Source: a virus
Taxonomy: Duplodnaviria; Caudoviricetes
DNA: 64,000 bases
IMG/VR virus record: IMGVR_UViG_3300010153_000003
Coordinates: 1,075-65,074 of that record
Strand: one strand, 5' to 3'
Each line of letters opens with the position of its first letter. Positions within the stretch are counted from its first letter, which is position 1. Position numbers and translations under genes: made by a program. The notes under the pieces were generated by a model. The model saw only the letters and a list, made by a program, of their open reading frames with translations. It searched no databases and was not told the origin of the DNA. Positions 38,392 to 48,793 of the stretch are shown here, one piece after another.

Positions 38392-38937
38392 AATCGTAAT
38401 AAAAAGTACAGGTGGTTAGCCTGTGAAACTAAATTCGTCAGCTTGTTCTTTGGACAAACCGAACTTCTTAGCGAATAATTTGACACGCTTCATGAATCGT
38501 AGATTATTTCTCTCTCTACTATTAGTTGCGTCTTTCCATCTTCGCCATGTTCTTTTCTTGTCAGATCTAGGTAACTTAACACCTGTTTCTAAATCTATTC
38601 TTCTTGACATAATCATAAATTGTTAGATGACGTATCTACGTTCTTTCTAACAGTAATGAAGCACTTTGGTTGTAGTTGCTCATCTACCATAGTCTTTCCA
38701 TCTCAGAACAAAACAAATCAGTTTGTATCTGTTCGTCATCAATATCTTTTTGGAATCTTTCAATCATCTCGTAATCTTCGTGTATTTGAGGGGATTCTAT
38801 TACATCTAGACTTGTACTATTTAGAGCCTCATAGGTTTTTGTATCACAAGTATTACAAAAGTAGATATTGAATCTGTCGTCGTTATCGGTCGATATATAT
38901 CTAATCCTATGATCCTTCCCATTTGGACATTCGATCG

Positions 38938-39336
38938 TCAATGTCTTTTACCCTCTAGGAAGTCAACTGCACTACCATAGCCGTGTTTTTCGAGTATGAC
39001 TTTCATTCCTCTGTCCTGCATAGCTCCTAATGTATCAATGAATGTCATATTTATCTCTCTTGAAAAGTCTTTATGAACATCTTCAAGATTCTTACAATTT
39101 GTGAAAGGCTTGACCATTTTATTGTAACTATTTATACCTGCCTTTATTAATTCCTCATTCATTTTGTGGACAGATAGACCTGTTTTCTTACCATACCAAT
39201 CATAGAATTTATTATATGAATCTTTACGAACTTGTGATACGTCTTTCATTACAGCTTCATATCCCTCGCCCTCAATTATCTTTTTGATGGATTCTATCTC
39301 GTCATCATCTAAATCTCTGCCATATATGTCGGTCAT
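38938..39336 (-). CDS. Hypothetical protein
   Basis: ATGA-coupled ORF in the early run. Confidence 0.55.
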   Translation of the reverse strand: MTDIYGRDLDDDEIESIKKIIEGEGYEAVMKDVSQVRKDSYNKFYDWYGKKTGLSVHKMNEELIKAGINSYNKMVKPFTNCKNLEDVHKDFSREINMTFIDTLGAMQDRGMKVILEKHGYGSAVDFLEGKRH

Positions 39337-40052
39337 GGTAACTTCTCACTCTCCATATTTTCGCCTTTATAATCTTCCATGAGTTTTAACTCTATATTAC
39401 CATCTTGCTCGAATATCATGTCATACATGGCATTATAATTGGCATCTCCTTTCTTAGTGTTACCTTGAACGATAACTATATCCTTAGATGACGGATCATT
39501 AAGAATATCTCCATAACTGTATTGTTTCAATGGCTTTTGAGTTGTTTTCATACTAGCCTCTCCACAAAAACAATATGCGTCAGGATTCTCATGGTAAACT
39601 ATGCTCTTTAAGTAGTCCATTGGAGATACATCTTGTCCTTCTACTTCAATAGGCACGACACCGAGTTTCTTAAGACCTTTTACCCATAGGAATACGAGGG
39701 GGGTTGCTCTAGCTTCAGTATTAGTAAGATTTTTATAAACATCAGTACATATACCATAGAACTTGTCAGTAGTGAAACTGTCTTTTGACACCTCATCAGT
39801 ACGTTCATGTGAAATACTAGCCATACTTCTCTCAATACACCTTGCTATCTCGTTGTCCTCACTCTTATTATGATGGACAGCTTGTTCAAGCAAAGCCAAA
39901 GAGGCATGGATAACATCTTTATCATAGCCGAGTTTTATGAGTTCCTTGAAGCTATCTTGAGGATCAACATTCCTAAACATTAGGCTTTGTAGCTTTTGAG
40001 CACATTTTAGTATTTGCTCTTTTTGTTCATCTGTAAATTCATTCATCATCAT
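39333..40052 (-). CDS. Hypothetical protein
   Basis: 239-aa ORF with GGAG upstream. Confidence 0.6.
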   Translation of the reverse strand: MMMNEFTDEQKEQILKCAQKLQSLMFRNVDPQDSFKELIKLGYDKDVIHASLALLEQAVHHNKSEDNEIARCIERSMASISHERTDEVSKDSFTTDKFYGICTDVYKNLTNTEARATPLVFLWVKGLKKLGVVPIEVEGQDVSPMDYLKSIVYHENPDAYCFCGEASMKTTQKPLKQYSYGDILNDPSSKDIVIVQGNTKKGDANYNAMYDMIFEQDGNIELKLMEDYKGENMESEKLP

Positions 40053-40448
40053 TCTCCTTATTCAATAGATGTTTTATTTTGTCTAATGTATTACACATTA
40101 TCATATAATCACACATGACTTATCTCCTTATCATTCAAGATGTAACTAACAGGGTGGTCAGTTTTCCATGTTTCAACTGCATCTCTGTCGGGGTGTACTG
40201 CATTAGCTAAATATCCTCTATTTTCACAATGCCAATGTGTCATACTTGACCACTCTCACTAGGATTTACAGGTATTTCCTTATCTGTATTCTTATCATCT
40301 CCCCATTCGGAAACATGTGATTCTTGTAGATGACAATAGTAACAATTAACAACACCAATAGAGTCAGAATGAGTTTCACAATGGTTATCATTCATCTCTC
40401 TACTGCATGTATTACAGGTTTTGACGTTACCTTCTTGGTCTTTGGTTT

Positions 40449-40805
40449 TCATTTCCACTCCTCTAACACATCATCACTAAATTCTTTTCTGTTGTTCATT
40501 TTGTGCATGTGATCTACCTCGTCAATCATATCACGAAGATTATTTGATTTTATGTCGTGGTTTTTAGACACATATTCCAAGTCTTGACAAGTAGGTGGAC
40601 ATTTTGAATGGTCGCCATTTCTATGACTCACAAATGCACTTAAACATTTGGCAACACCAACTCTTTCTTTTTCAGAAAGTCCCATTCTACCTAGTTCTTC
40701 CCATTGTTCGTCTAATGGTTTGCCTTCTTTTGCCCATTTCATCATTTCAATACTAGCATTAACCTGTCTTTCCATTTTATCTTTCATTTTGTCATTCATT
40801 TTCAT
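40449..40805 (-). CDS. Hypothetical protein
   Basis: GAGGT upstream; H...H..C...C cluster. Confidence 0.5.
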   Translation of the reverse strand: MKMNDKMKDKMERQVNASIEMMKWAKEGKPLDEQWEELGRMGLSEKERVGVAKCLSAFVSHRNGDHSKCPPTCQDLEYVSKNHDIKSNNLRDMIDEVDHMHKMNNRKEFSDDVLEEWK

Positions 40806-41054
40806 CTACCTCATCAGCATATTCAATGAACATACTAGAATAATCAGTATCAGATAATCTACTGATTATTTTCATACTAAACTCCTAGCAAATGCCAAAC
40901 TGATACTCCTAATAAATCCCTGTTGGTCTTGTTTTGCTGTTATATATGTTGTGTTATATTTCATAACTGTAATATTTGATATAATCTGTCGAACTGCTCG
41001 ACGACGGTTTTATTTTGCGTTCGGGGTATTTAAACCCACCGAACACCAATTCGT

Positions 41055-41540
41055 TTAATTTAACTTTATCCATGTTGGTGTATCACGTGACTTCCATTTT
41101 AATAGATGTTGCTTTTCATTGTTATAATATTTACGATATGAAGCAACAGGACATGTAGCTATCTTACACTCATCAGGCATAGCAAGTGCAAACGGTGTCA
41201 TATCTATATCTGGTAAATCTGGGTATGGCAAATCTACTATTGCGTCCCATGATTTATGATTAACATTTTTATCATATCTATACACATATTCTTTATTAAG
41301 AGCAAATGTCATATTGTATAGCCATTGATAGTTTTGTTTGCTTTCACGAACCCATTTAGCACATGGGTGGTTTACATGAGTAGCCTTGTATGGTATCTCA
41401 TAGTCTACAAGTGTATTAGGTTGTAGATGATGTGCAGTACACATGAGCTGGGCATGTTCTAGTATCATTTTTACAACATGTTTATCAGCATGATATTCAG
41501 CACATTTTTCTGGTTGTTCATCTAGTATAAATATGTTCAT
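41055..41540 (-). CDS. Pyrimidine-dimer DNA glycosylase/endonuclease V-like family protein
   Basis: MNIFILD..P...A..H.DKHVVKMILE.AQL..TAH...YK.TH.NHPC..W.RES..NY.WL. Confidence 0.7.
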   Translation of the reverse strand: MNIFILDEQPEKCAEYHADKHVVKMILEHAQLMCTAHHLQPNTLVDYEIPYKATHVNHPCAKWVRESKQNYQWLYNMTFALNKEYVYRYDKNVNHKSWDAIVDLPYPDLPDIDMTPFALAMPDECKIATCPVASYRKYYNNEKQHLLKWKSRDTPTWIKLN

Positions 41541-41551
41541 TGATATAACTA

Positions 41552-41845
41552 CTAAAAATATTCATGGGTTTTACTATCATCTCTAAATACTGTAACAAAC
41601 GTATTATTCATTTCATCATCTGAAATCCATATATCATGTAATTTTTCACATAAATTACACCTAAGGTAAAGACAATAATTGCCTTCTTCTTCACTATATT
41701 CAATATCAACCACCAATAATCTTTGACCTGCTAGATCAATATTAGAGTTATCTTTGAAAAGATCATCTTCTCGTGAAGCATGTGTGCCTCTAAAAATAAT
41801 AGTATCGCCAACGTCTATTTTGTATGGTTTTATATGTTTAAGCAT
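41552..41845 (-). CDS. Hypothetical SH3-like protein
   Basis: IDVGDTIIF...LVVDIE; CNLC. Confidence 0.45.
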   Translation of the reverse strand: MLKHIKPYKIDVGDTIIFRGTHASREDDLFKDNSNIDLAGQRLLVVDIEYSEEEGNYCLYLRCNLCEKLHDIWISDDEMNNTFVTVFRDDSKTHEYF

Positions 41846-42159
41846 GTTAATTTAAATTGTATGGTTTTGATGTTGCTACACATGAAAGCAGGACATATGT
41901 CAACTGTTACTCTAGGAAAGAGTGTGTTAAGAAAACAACATTGGGCTGGAAAAAGTAAAAATCATGAAAACTATGTTTCCATCTTTTGCGATTAGTTGCC
42001 CTATGACACCAAAACACTATTCTCGGAATCTCCGACAATGATAGTGGGCATGGATATCGTATGAAACAACAATACCAAACCTGAACCTATTAAAAACGAT
42101 TCCATACCCACCATTATCATCTATGTATCAAATTATTTGATTACTAAAAAGAGAGGATA

Positions 42160-42831
42160 TTATTCCTCTTTGATTCTGTGATCCTTTTGTGGTATGTGTA
42201 CACCAAGACCTTTCAAGAACTCAACTGTTTCTGGTTCTGAAGCCTGTTTGATGTAGGTTGTGAATACCAATCCTTCACTTTTTGAGTAATACTTTCCTGT
42301 GAATAGGAAGGTATTGAAGGCTACGCTTTTCCACAATGCTTTAGATTGCTTGAGTTGCTCTGCCTCACTTTTGGTTTTATCAACCAATTCAAAACTGCTA
42401 TCTATTCGTGGCATATTTAAGATGTACGCATTACCAACCGTGCCATCTTTCTTAACGTGTGGAGCTGATACGCTAAGACCATTTTTGCCTGTTCCAAACT
42501 GTTTTACTATTGCTTTTAGTATATCGAAGCAACCAATAGGCTGTGTTTCAACTGCTTCAACTACTGTATTGGACACTCTACTTGTTTGGTAATTGTAGAA
42601 TGCTGGTTGTGGTTTTACTTCTTGTGCAGGTGCAACATTAGAAGGGGATTTTTGTTCGCCAGATATGAAAGAGTCTACTTTCTCTAACATATTATCAAGG
42701 GCAACTTGTGATTGCTTTCTTGATTCTGACAATCGATCCAATGAACTTTTTTGGTGTTCTAACATGGATTCAATTTGGGATTCCAACTGATTCATACGAG
42801 ATGTAAGAGTTGGTTTTTTGTTATTTGACAT
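42160..42831 (-). CDS. Early protein with N-terminal coiled coil
   Basis: Downstream of a promoter copy; likely start MSNNKK at 42831. Confidence 0.6.
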   Translation of the reverse strand: MSNNKKPTLTSRMNQLESQIESMLEHQKSSLDRLSESRKQSQVALDNMLEKVDSFISGEQKSPSNVAPAQEVKPQPAFYNYQTSRVSNTVVEAVETQPIGCFDILKAIVKQFGTGKNGLSVSAPHVKKDGTVGNAYILNMPRIDSSFELVDKTKSEAEQLKQSKALWKSVAFNTFLFTGKYYSKSEGLVFTTYIKQASEPETVEFLKGLGVHIPQKDHRIKEE

Positions 42832-43693
42832 AACTGTAATATTCAATGAATTTGTAATAAATAATAAATATATTTAAATTCCGAAATCGATTTTTCGACG
42901 ACGAGTATTTGCGACTGACGTATTTAAACCCGACGGTTGCCCATTGTTAATATTATACATATTTATATTTCCATTTAATAATACCATGTACTGTATTAAC
43001 ATAGATTCTATTTGTAACAGATCTAGGATTATGCCATTGTTCATGTTGGGAAGCCCTATTTTCCCATAAATCATCACAAGGCAGTTCAGCACTACATAGG
43101 TTACAAACTGCTATCTTATCTGTCATGGTTATATATTCCTGCTATTCTATTTAAATCAATAGAATCGGGGTGTTCTAATACCAATCTCTCATACTGACAG
43201 GATATACATTTGCAGTTCAAGAAGAATCTCCCTCTATCTCATGTATTGTGTCGTATTCTTCCTCAAAAGAGAAACAATCGGGACATCTATTCATTCTAGG
43301 AGCTCCAACCCAAACATAGTCAGTATCTATCCAATTTGTATTACAATCAGTACACAATACAAAAGATGAGAAATCACTATGAAATTCCCTAATAAGAGAT
43401 GTGTCACTCATTATCTAAATCCCTCATTGATCCACCACACCCACATTGGCATGATCTATGTCCTGAACAGCACTCACATACACCTACAAAACAATTAGTG
43501 CACTCTTGTTCATGTTCCCAATCTATTGCTTCAATACCATCTAATGTAGCTGGTAGGGTTTTACTCATTATCCAATTCCCTCATCTGATTTTCATTTATA
43601 ATTAGTTCGGGATTAGCCGTGTTTTGCCATGATATTAAGCCCTTATCATGTCTTAACTTATATAAACGATCGGCACTACGATAGAAAGGAGAA

Positions 43694-43864
43694 TTAGTCA
43701 AAATACTCCTCACTATCATTAACATATTCCTCAGCGTCTACAAAGGCTATCTCATTATCTTGAGAATAAACGTCTAAAAGTGCGTTTTCAATACTCTCAA
43801 AATGAATGTCGGCATTGTTAGTGGTTAGGTCACTACCCATTGGCTTACTGTTGTCAGTATCCAT
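43694..43864 (-). CDS. Small acidic early protein
   Basis: MDTDNSKPMGSDLTTNN...; follows promoter copy 43935. Confidence 0.5.
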   Translation of the reverse strand: MDTDNSKPMGSDLTTNNADIHFESIENALLDVYSQDNEIAFVDAEEYVNDSEEYFD

Positions 43865-44495
43865 CTCGACGTTGTAATAAATTAATATACACAACTGTCG
43901 TGGATTTCGAGAACGTGCTGATTTTGTGACTGTGGTATTTAAACCCAGCGACTGCCCATTGTTATTGTATATTTGATTTTTTAATACAAAAACACTCTAG
44001 GCATACGGGGACACTATTACATTTAAAGAACCTAACACTATTAGGGCTCAAATATTTGCTACAATCCCCACAAAAGAGGAAAATACAGGTGTTACTCATA
44101 CTACCTCTCCACAGGCAGTACACACATCTACCCTATTTTCTTCCTCGCCATCAAAATGCCAATCCTCTACTGTATCTCTATGTGGGCATGGCACGGCACT
44201 CTCTAATTCCTCTACTCTATCATTCAAATTGTCTATCTTACTAGCCAAATGATTTAATATAGTAGATAAGGATCTATCTGTCCATTCAGGTGTGTCGGTC
44301 ATGGTAAATCCCCTAATTCTATGTGTTTTCTCATATACTGTCTAGCAGTATGATTAGGGCAAAATTGTTCGTATTCCCCATTACATCTACCACCATTAGC
44401 ATCAGTTGTGTGTGATGTGGCACAACCTTCACATTTATATTTATTATCACAGATTTGACACAAATGAATGCCACTACAAAAGGGTGGAATGTTAC

Positions 44496-44873
44496 TCATT
44501 GAGTAACAGCTTCCCCGACATATGTAACATTTATGCCAGATTTTGTGAGAATCTGTTTAAATGCTGGAACATTCTCTTTTCGAACGTATCTGATATAATA
44601 GCCACGTTTTGGAATTGCTCTGATATAGGAAGCAACGTGTTTATAAAGTGCTTCTGGGAGGCGACTATCCTTTAAGAAAGATATGTTACCATTATCCTTC
44701 TGTCTAAATGTTACTGATACACCAGCACATTGTTCTTTAAGGTCAGCGATTGTTGATTTGACCTCAAAAGTAGAAGCAACGCTACTATCCTTTTTTATAG
44801 TTGCTTGTTTTGGTTTTTCGGTATTGTTAGTGGTGTGGTCACTACCCATTAAATTACTAGCAAAAGTAATCAT
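44496..44873 (-). CDS. Early protein
   Basis: MITFASNLMGSDHTTNN...; follows promoter copy 44947. Confidence 0.55.
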   Translation of the reverse strand: MITFASNLMGSDHTTNNTEKPKQATIKKDSSVASTFEVKSTIADLKEQCAGVSVTFRQKDNGNISFLKDSRLPEALYKHVASYIRAIPKRGYYIRYVRKENVPAFKQILTKSGINVTYVGEAVTQ

Positions 44874-45178
44874 TTCCCGATTGTAGTAATCTAATACACA
44901 CAATTCGAGTGATTGTTTTCGCATTTGGTCAGCATTTGTGCCTGTGGTATTTAAATCCAGCGATCCCCTATATGTTAAAACATAAGGAGCTATCTATTAT
45001 CTTTTTTAATACCTTATACACAATACTGTACTCTAGCTACTAATACATTGTATTATATATCTCTTTTATAGAGTGCTTCTCTATCCTACAATCTATCTTT
45101 TACATTGTAACACGCTACGTATTACTACCATGCTACCATTACAATGCTCGATTGCGATTCAGTTCGAATCTGCTGACC

Positions 45179-45657
45179 ATTCGTGCCTACGGTATTTAAA
45201 CCCATCGGTCGCCCTAATGTTATTGTTATAATGAGTATATGTATGTATAACATATAGGGCAGATAGGTTTTTATTGCTCAGGCACATGCCACGCCTGATT
45301 CGTGACTAGCCATGCCTACCTCACGCCTGTGGGCAGGGCTTCCTATATACACCCCCCCTATATACACCACTCCCACATACACACCCACATACACACCCCC
45401 ATATACACCACGCCTACCTCATGCCTAGCCCATGCCTAGTCATGCCTACCACATGCCTACCACATACCTAGTAGGCAGGGGGTTTCTATTATTAGCATTA
45501 CCTATACACATAGCATGATGTATTGTTCGTGTTATTGTACGTGGTGTGATACCATTCGTTCCTAATGATATAGGCATTTATCCCCATATTACCTGCCACG
45601 TACTCCCCCTATATATACCTACGTTTTTTAGCGTAGCGAGGCACGGTAGGCACGAAT
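45179..45657. repeat. Iteron-like repeat cluster at the transcription divergence point (candidate origin or genome terminus)
   Basis: Multiple CA(T/C)GCCTA and (T/C)ATACAC(A)CC units; C-rich skew; exact 12-bp inverted repeat ATTCGTGCCTAC at 45179 and 45646. Confidence 0.7.
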
Positions 45658-45834
45658 CCCTAATAGGAACATTTTCACACTATACAGTTAGGTTTATATA
45701 GTGTCGCAAGTGCACATGGAAAATATTAGAAATTTAAACGTTTATAAGAGAATTATAAATCTTTGTTAAAATTTAGAGAGGAGAGAGAAAAAATACAGGA
45801 GGGTTTATATTATCATTAGCCGTATAATACATGT

Positions 45835-46000
45835 GTACCGTACAACTGTCAGAAGTTATTTGTAACATTCGTCCTATTTCGTTACACTGTACGGTCCACG
45901 CGTTCGTACGTCCTTGGCAGGACTACACTTCGTTTTGAGGCCGGAAGCCTCATTACTCCCGGTGTCCCGTGGTTGGTTACCTTTAACAATCGGGGCACCA
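45835..46000 (+). ncRNA. Candidate structured non-coding RNA of unknown family
   Basis: GC-rich island with five consecutive hairpins and G-U pairs favouring the + strand; TATA box at 45804. Confidence 0.5.
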
Positions 46001-46041
46001 CTTGATTTATATTGCCTATCAACCATATTACAGTAGGTAAC

Positions 46042-46419
46042 ATGAATTACGATTGTCAAATTTGCGGATATCCGTCTGCACACCAGATATGTACTCCGTG
46101 TACAAATGCCTACGAAAGGGGGATGCAATCACGTCAAGTGAAGTTAAATATCAATAAAAAGAAAAAAGTAGATATATATAGCATAAAATACAATATGGGT
46201 AAATATTTCACAAGTATGCGTTCACTGCCTGACGTAATCGAGATGAACACTCCTACGTATACGGATTACTGTGCAATCAACAACAAGTTACCCACACGCC
46301 CCCCTTACGAACAAGGTGATTCCCTGACTACTGTTAAAGGTGTCCCTATAGTGTTAGTAAATGATCGTGCTTATGGTTATGTTTTTAGAGATTCGTCCTT
46401 CGGACGATATGTGCCCTGA
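46042..46419 (+). CDS. Hypothetical protein with N-terminal CxxC pairs
   Basis: CQIC...CTPC; TATA at about 46006. Confidence 0.5.
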   Translation: MNYDCQICGYPSAHQICTPCTNAYERGMQSRQVKLNINKKKKVDIYSIKYNMGKYFTSMRSLPDVIEMNTPTYTDYCAINNKLPTRPPYEQGDSLTTVKGVPIVLVNDRAYGYVFRDSSFGRYVP

Positions 46420-46478
46420 TTTTAGTTTTATAATACTATATATACCATCTATATATACTCTGACCTTGTAGTATAAAC

Positions 46479-46757
46479 ATGCCAATGGATTTGAAAGACA
46501 TAGTAAAAGAGTTAGAGATGGACGGTGAGTCTAAGGAAGTATTGTCGTTTGACACAGTGATAAAGATAATATCTGACGAAGATGAGGATATCATAGAGAC
46601 AATGTCTGACATGCCTGCCTTGCCAAAATTATTAAGACAGGTACACAAGGCCGGTTTTTGGCATGGTGCAGAGTTCGGCAGACAGGTATTCCTAGAGATA
46701 ATGGAAAATGATAGAAAGGTAGAAGTTCTTAAAAAATCAGAATCGATGGATTTTTGA
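46479..46757 (+). CDS. Hypothetical protein
   Basis: ORF with TATA upstream. Confidence 0.55.
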   Translation: MPMDLKDIVKELEMDGESKEVLSFDTVIKIISDEDEDIIETMSDMPALPKLLRQVHKAGFWHGAEFGRQVFLEIMENDRKVEVLKKSESMDF

Positions 46758-46797
46758 TAACCGCAAAGCTATTATAATGCGCAAACGTATTTAAAGC

Positions 46798-47028
46798 ATG
46801 TTGATTAAGCTTAACCCTGGATTAAAATGTAAGGGATGTGACAAGAGAATGTCTATTGCCAGTGACAGAGCTGGTTCTGTTAACCTGGTATTGGTTGAAG
46901 ACAAGCCTATACCAAAGGGTGACTTTGACTGTTATATAAACTGTGAACATTGTACTAAGGAACATGTAGGTTTTGGATTCATACGCAGTGGTGAATTCAA
47001 GGGTATACATGAATATAGAGAATTATAA
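46798..47028 (+). CDS. Zinc-ribbon protein
   Basis: CKGC...CEHC. Confidence 0.5.
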   Translation: MLIKLNPGLKCKGCDKRMSIASDRAGSVNLVLVEDKPIPKGDFDCYINCEHCTKEHVGFGFIRSGEFKGIHEYREL

Positions 47029-47030
47029 TC

Positions 47031-47291
47031 ATGGAACCAAAAAAATTCCGTGGCTCCGCCACGAAGAAACCTGACGGAACATGGCATGTTGAATTAGATG
47101 ATAATTTTAAACGACAACTTGACGACCTGTGCCCTGCTGACAAAGCAGAGATAGAATTGATTATGCAAGGCCTGCGAGACGGTAGTATAGACGTAAACGA
47201 GTTAGGTACACGTATGTGCAGTTACTGTGGTGAGCCTAATAACAATAAAGAAAGTGTAATGTGCGACAAATGCGCTAATGAGTTAAAATGA
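47031..47291 (+). CDS. Protein with C-terminal zinc finger
   Basis: CSYC...CDKC. Confidence 0.5.
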   Translation: MEPKKFRGSATKKPDGTWHVELDDNFKRQLDDLCPADKAEIELIMQGLRDGSIDVNELGTRMCSYCGEPNNNKESVMCDKCANELK

Positions 47292-48038
47292 ACTTAGACG
47301 GCCAAAGGATTTTGATTCATCAGATAGTGTTCTTGACCTTTGGTATTCTGTACTTTTCACAAAACGGTCATCCTCTCGACGAATAAACTTTCTTTCATAC
47401 AAATTCCTGCATGGACCGCATAGTTCCTTGGTCCCCCTTAAAGTCACCTTACAGTAGTTACAAATAAAAGGTCGGCTGATGCCGACTAACACGGTTTTGG
47501 ACGTATCCAGCCATGTGGCATGGTTACTACCCTCTTCCTGAGTTATTATATGATTTGCTATGTGCATTTCTATCCTCCAATGGCTTTACGTCTGATGGAT
47601 TTAATTCCCAAGTGTCTACTGTGCATTTTATATTTCCGCATATGCCCCATGTGCCTCCACGTAGAGTCTTATTCGTTTGCAAACCACACTCAGGACATTT
47701 TATCATCTAGATGGCAACCCCACTTGTACGTCTTTTGCAAAGCAGTTGATACAAGTCTTGCTTTTTGTAAGTGGCATCTCTGCCTCGCATATCCAGCATC
47801 TTGTCATTTTCAATTTCCTTTTACCTCCTCTAACAATGCCTTGATTTTTAGAATATCATCAGGTAAGCCAATCAGGTATATTGGTGCTATCTGACCTGAT
47901 ATTTCAGTATTAGGTATTCTTAATGTTACGTTGTCTGATACATCAATTTTCATTTTCTACACCTCTCGCATTCTGGTTTTGATTTATCATCAAAATGAAT
48001 TTCTACATTGCTTGCAAAGCAAACATGACATAAACCCA

Positions 48039-48257
48039 TCATCTATATACCTCTCCCTGTTTGGCAGGTTTTTGAGCCATTTCTGACTCAGCCTGTTCGA
48101 TAAGACTATCTAAAACTTTTAGCCTGTATTCTTTCATTTCTTTTGTGGTACCTATTTGACCTGGTAAACCACTTTGTAATTTTTCGCTCGATACTCTCGC
48201 TCTAACTTTTAACAAATCTGCGTGGTGATCGGCTGCTAATTTTTCATCATTCCACAT
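48039..48257 (-). CDS. Hypothetical protein
   Basis: TTTATA upstream on the minus strand. Confidence 0.5.
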   Translation of the reverse strand: MWNDEKLAADHHADLLKVRARVSSEKLQSGLPGQIGTTKEMKEYRLKVLDSLIEQAESEMAQKPAKQGEVYR

Positions 48258-48289
48258 ACTTAATATACGTCAATCACAAATATAAACGT

Positions 48290-48469
48290 ATGGACATAGG
48301 CTCGCCTAATTTAGACAGATCCATTCCGTGCAAACTTTGTAGAAAAACAGCAGTGGGTGCTGGAGGTGGATGTTGTGCAGACTGTATGATTTCCATATTG
48401 CTTGAAACGCAAAGGAATAAATATCCGATAAGCATAAAGGAATTGGAGAAAAAATGGAAAATAAGTTAG
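48290..48469 (+). CDS. 59-aa zinc-finger microprotein (not in ORF track)
   Basis: CKLC...GGCCADC. Confidence 0.45.
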   Translation: MDIGSPNLDRSIPCKLCRKTAVGAGGGCCADCMISILLETQRNKYPISIKELEKKWKIS

Positions 48470-48792
48470 ACATGTTAGTCGAAGAAATAGAATTACTTTC
48501 CAACGTAATTACAAAACTTAATTTCGATATGGAAGGTTTGAAAGAAGACAACGACAAACTGGTTGAAGACAGGCCATTCATGGTAAGGCAGATCCAGGCA
48601 AATGAGAAGAAACTCTTCAAATATGCAAAAGAGATAGGCAAGAAAATGGAAGTAAAACATGGATTGGATGCAAAACTAAATGTTGCGCGAATGGAAGAAG
48701 AAGCAAAGAAGCCAAAAACAGGAAAAAAGAAGACAGTTACGGCAAAGAAAGGTAAAAAAGACGAAAACTTAAAAAAGACGAAAACAAACTAA
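48454..48792 (+). CDS. Coiled-coil protein with Lys-rich tail
   Basis: Heptad pattern; K-rich C-terminus. Confidence 0.55.
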   Translation: MENKLDMLVEEIELLSNVITKLNFDMEGLKEDNDKLVEDRPFMVRQIQANEKKLFKYAKEIGKKMEVKHGLDAKLNVARMEEEAKKPKTGKKKTVTAKKGKKDENLKKTKTN

Positions 48793-48793
48793 A

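Larger units (their letters stand above)
41026..45203 (-). promoter_or_regulatory. Five copies of an extended early-promoter motif, core GG(G/A)TTTAAATAC on the minus strand (41026, 42920, 43935, 44947, 45192)
   Basis: Plus-strand consensus TT(T/C)G(T/C)G.CT..GGTATTTAAACCC..CG...GCCC...TGTTA, most fully conserved in the four right-hand copies; four copies face a minus-strand gene. Confidence 0.75.

Noticed and set aside
41026-45470. Repeats as a CRISPR or mini-CRISPR array
   Set aside because: Copies are degenerate and spaced 0.25-1.9 kb apart, or are tandem without unique spacers.
45935-45960. Hammerhead ribozyme on the minus strand (TAATGAG...stem...AAAAC)
   Set aside because: Lacks the CTGANGA and GAAA core in correct register, and G-U pairs favour the opposite strand.
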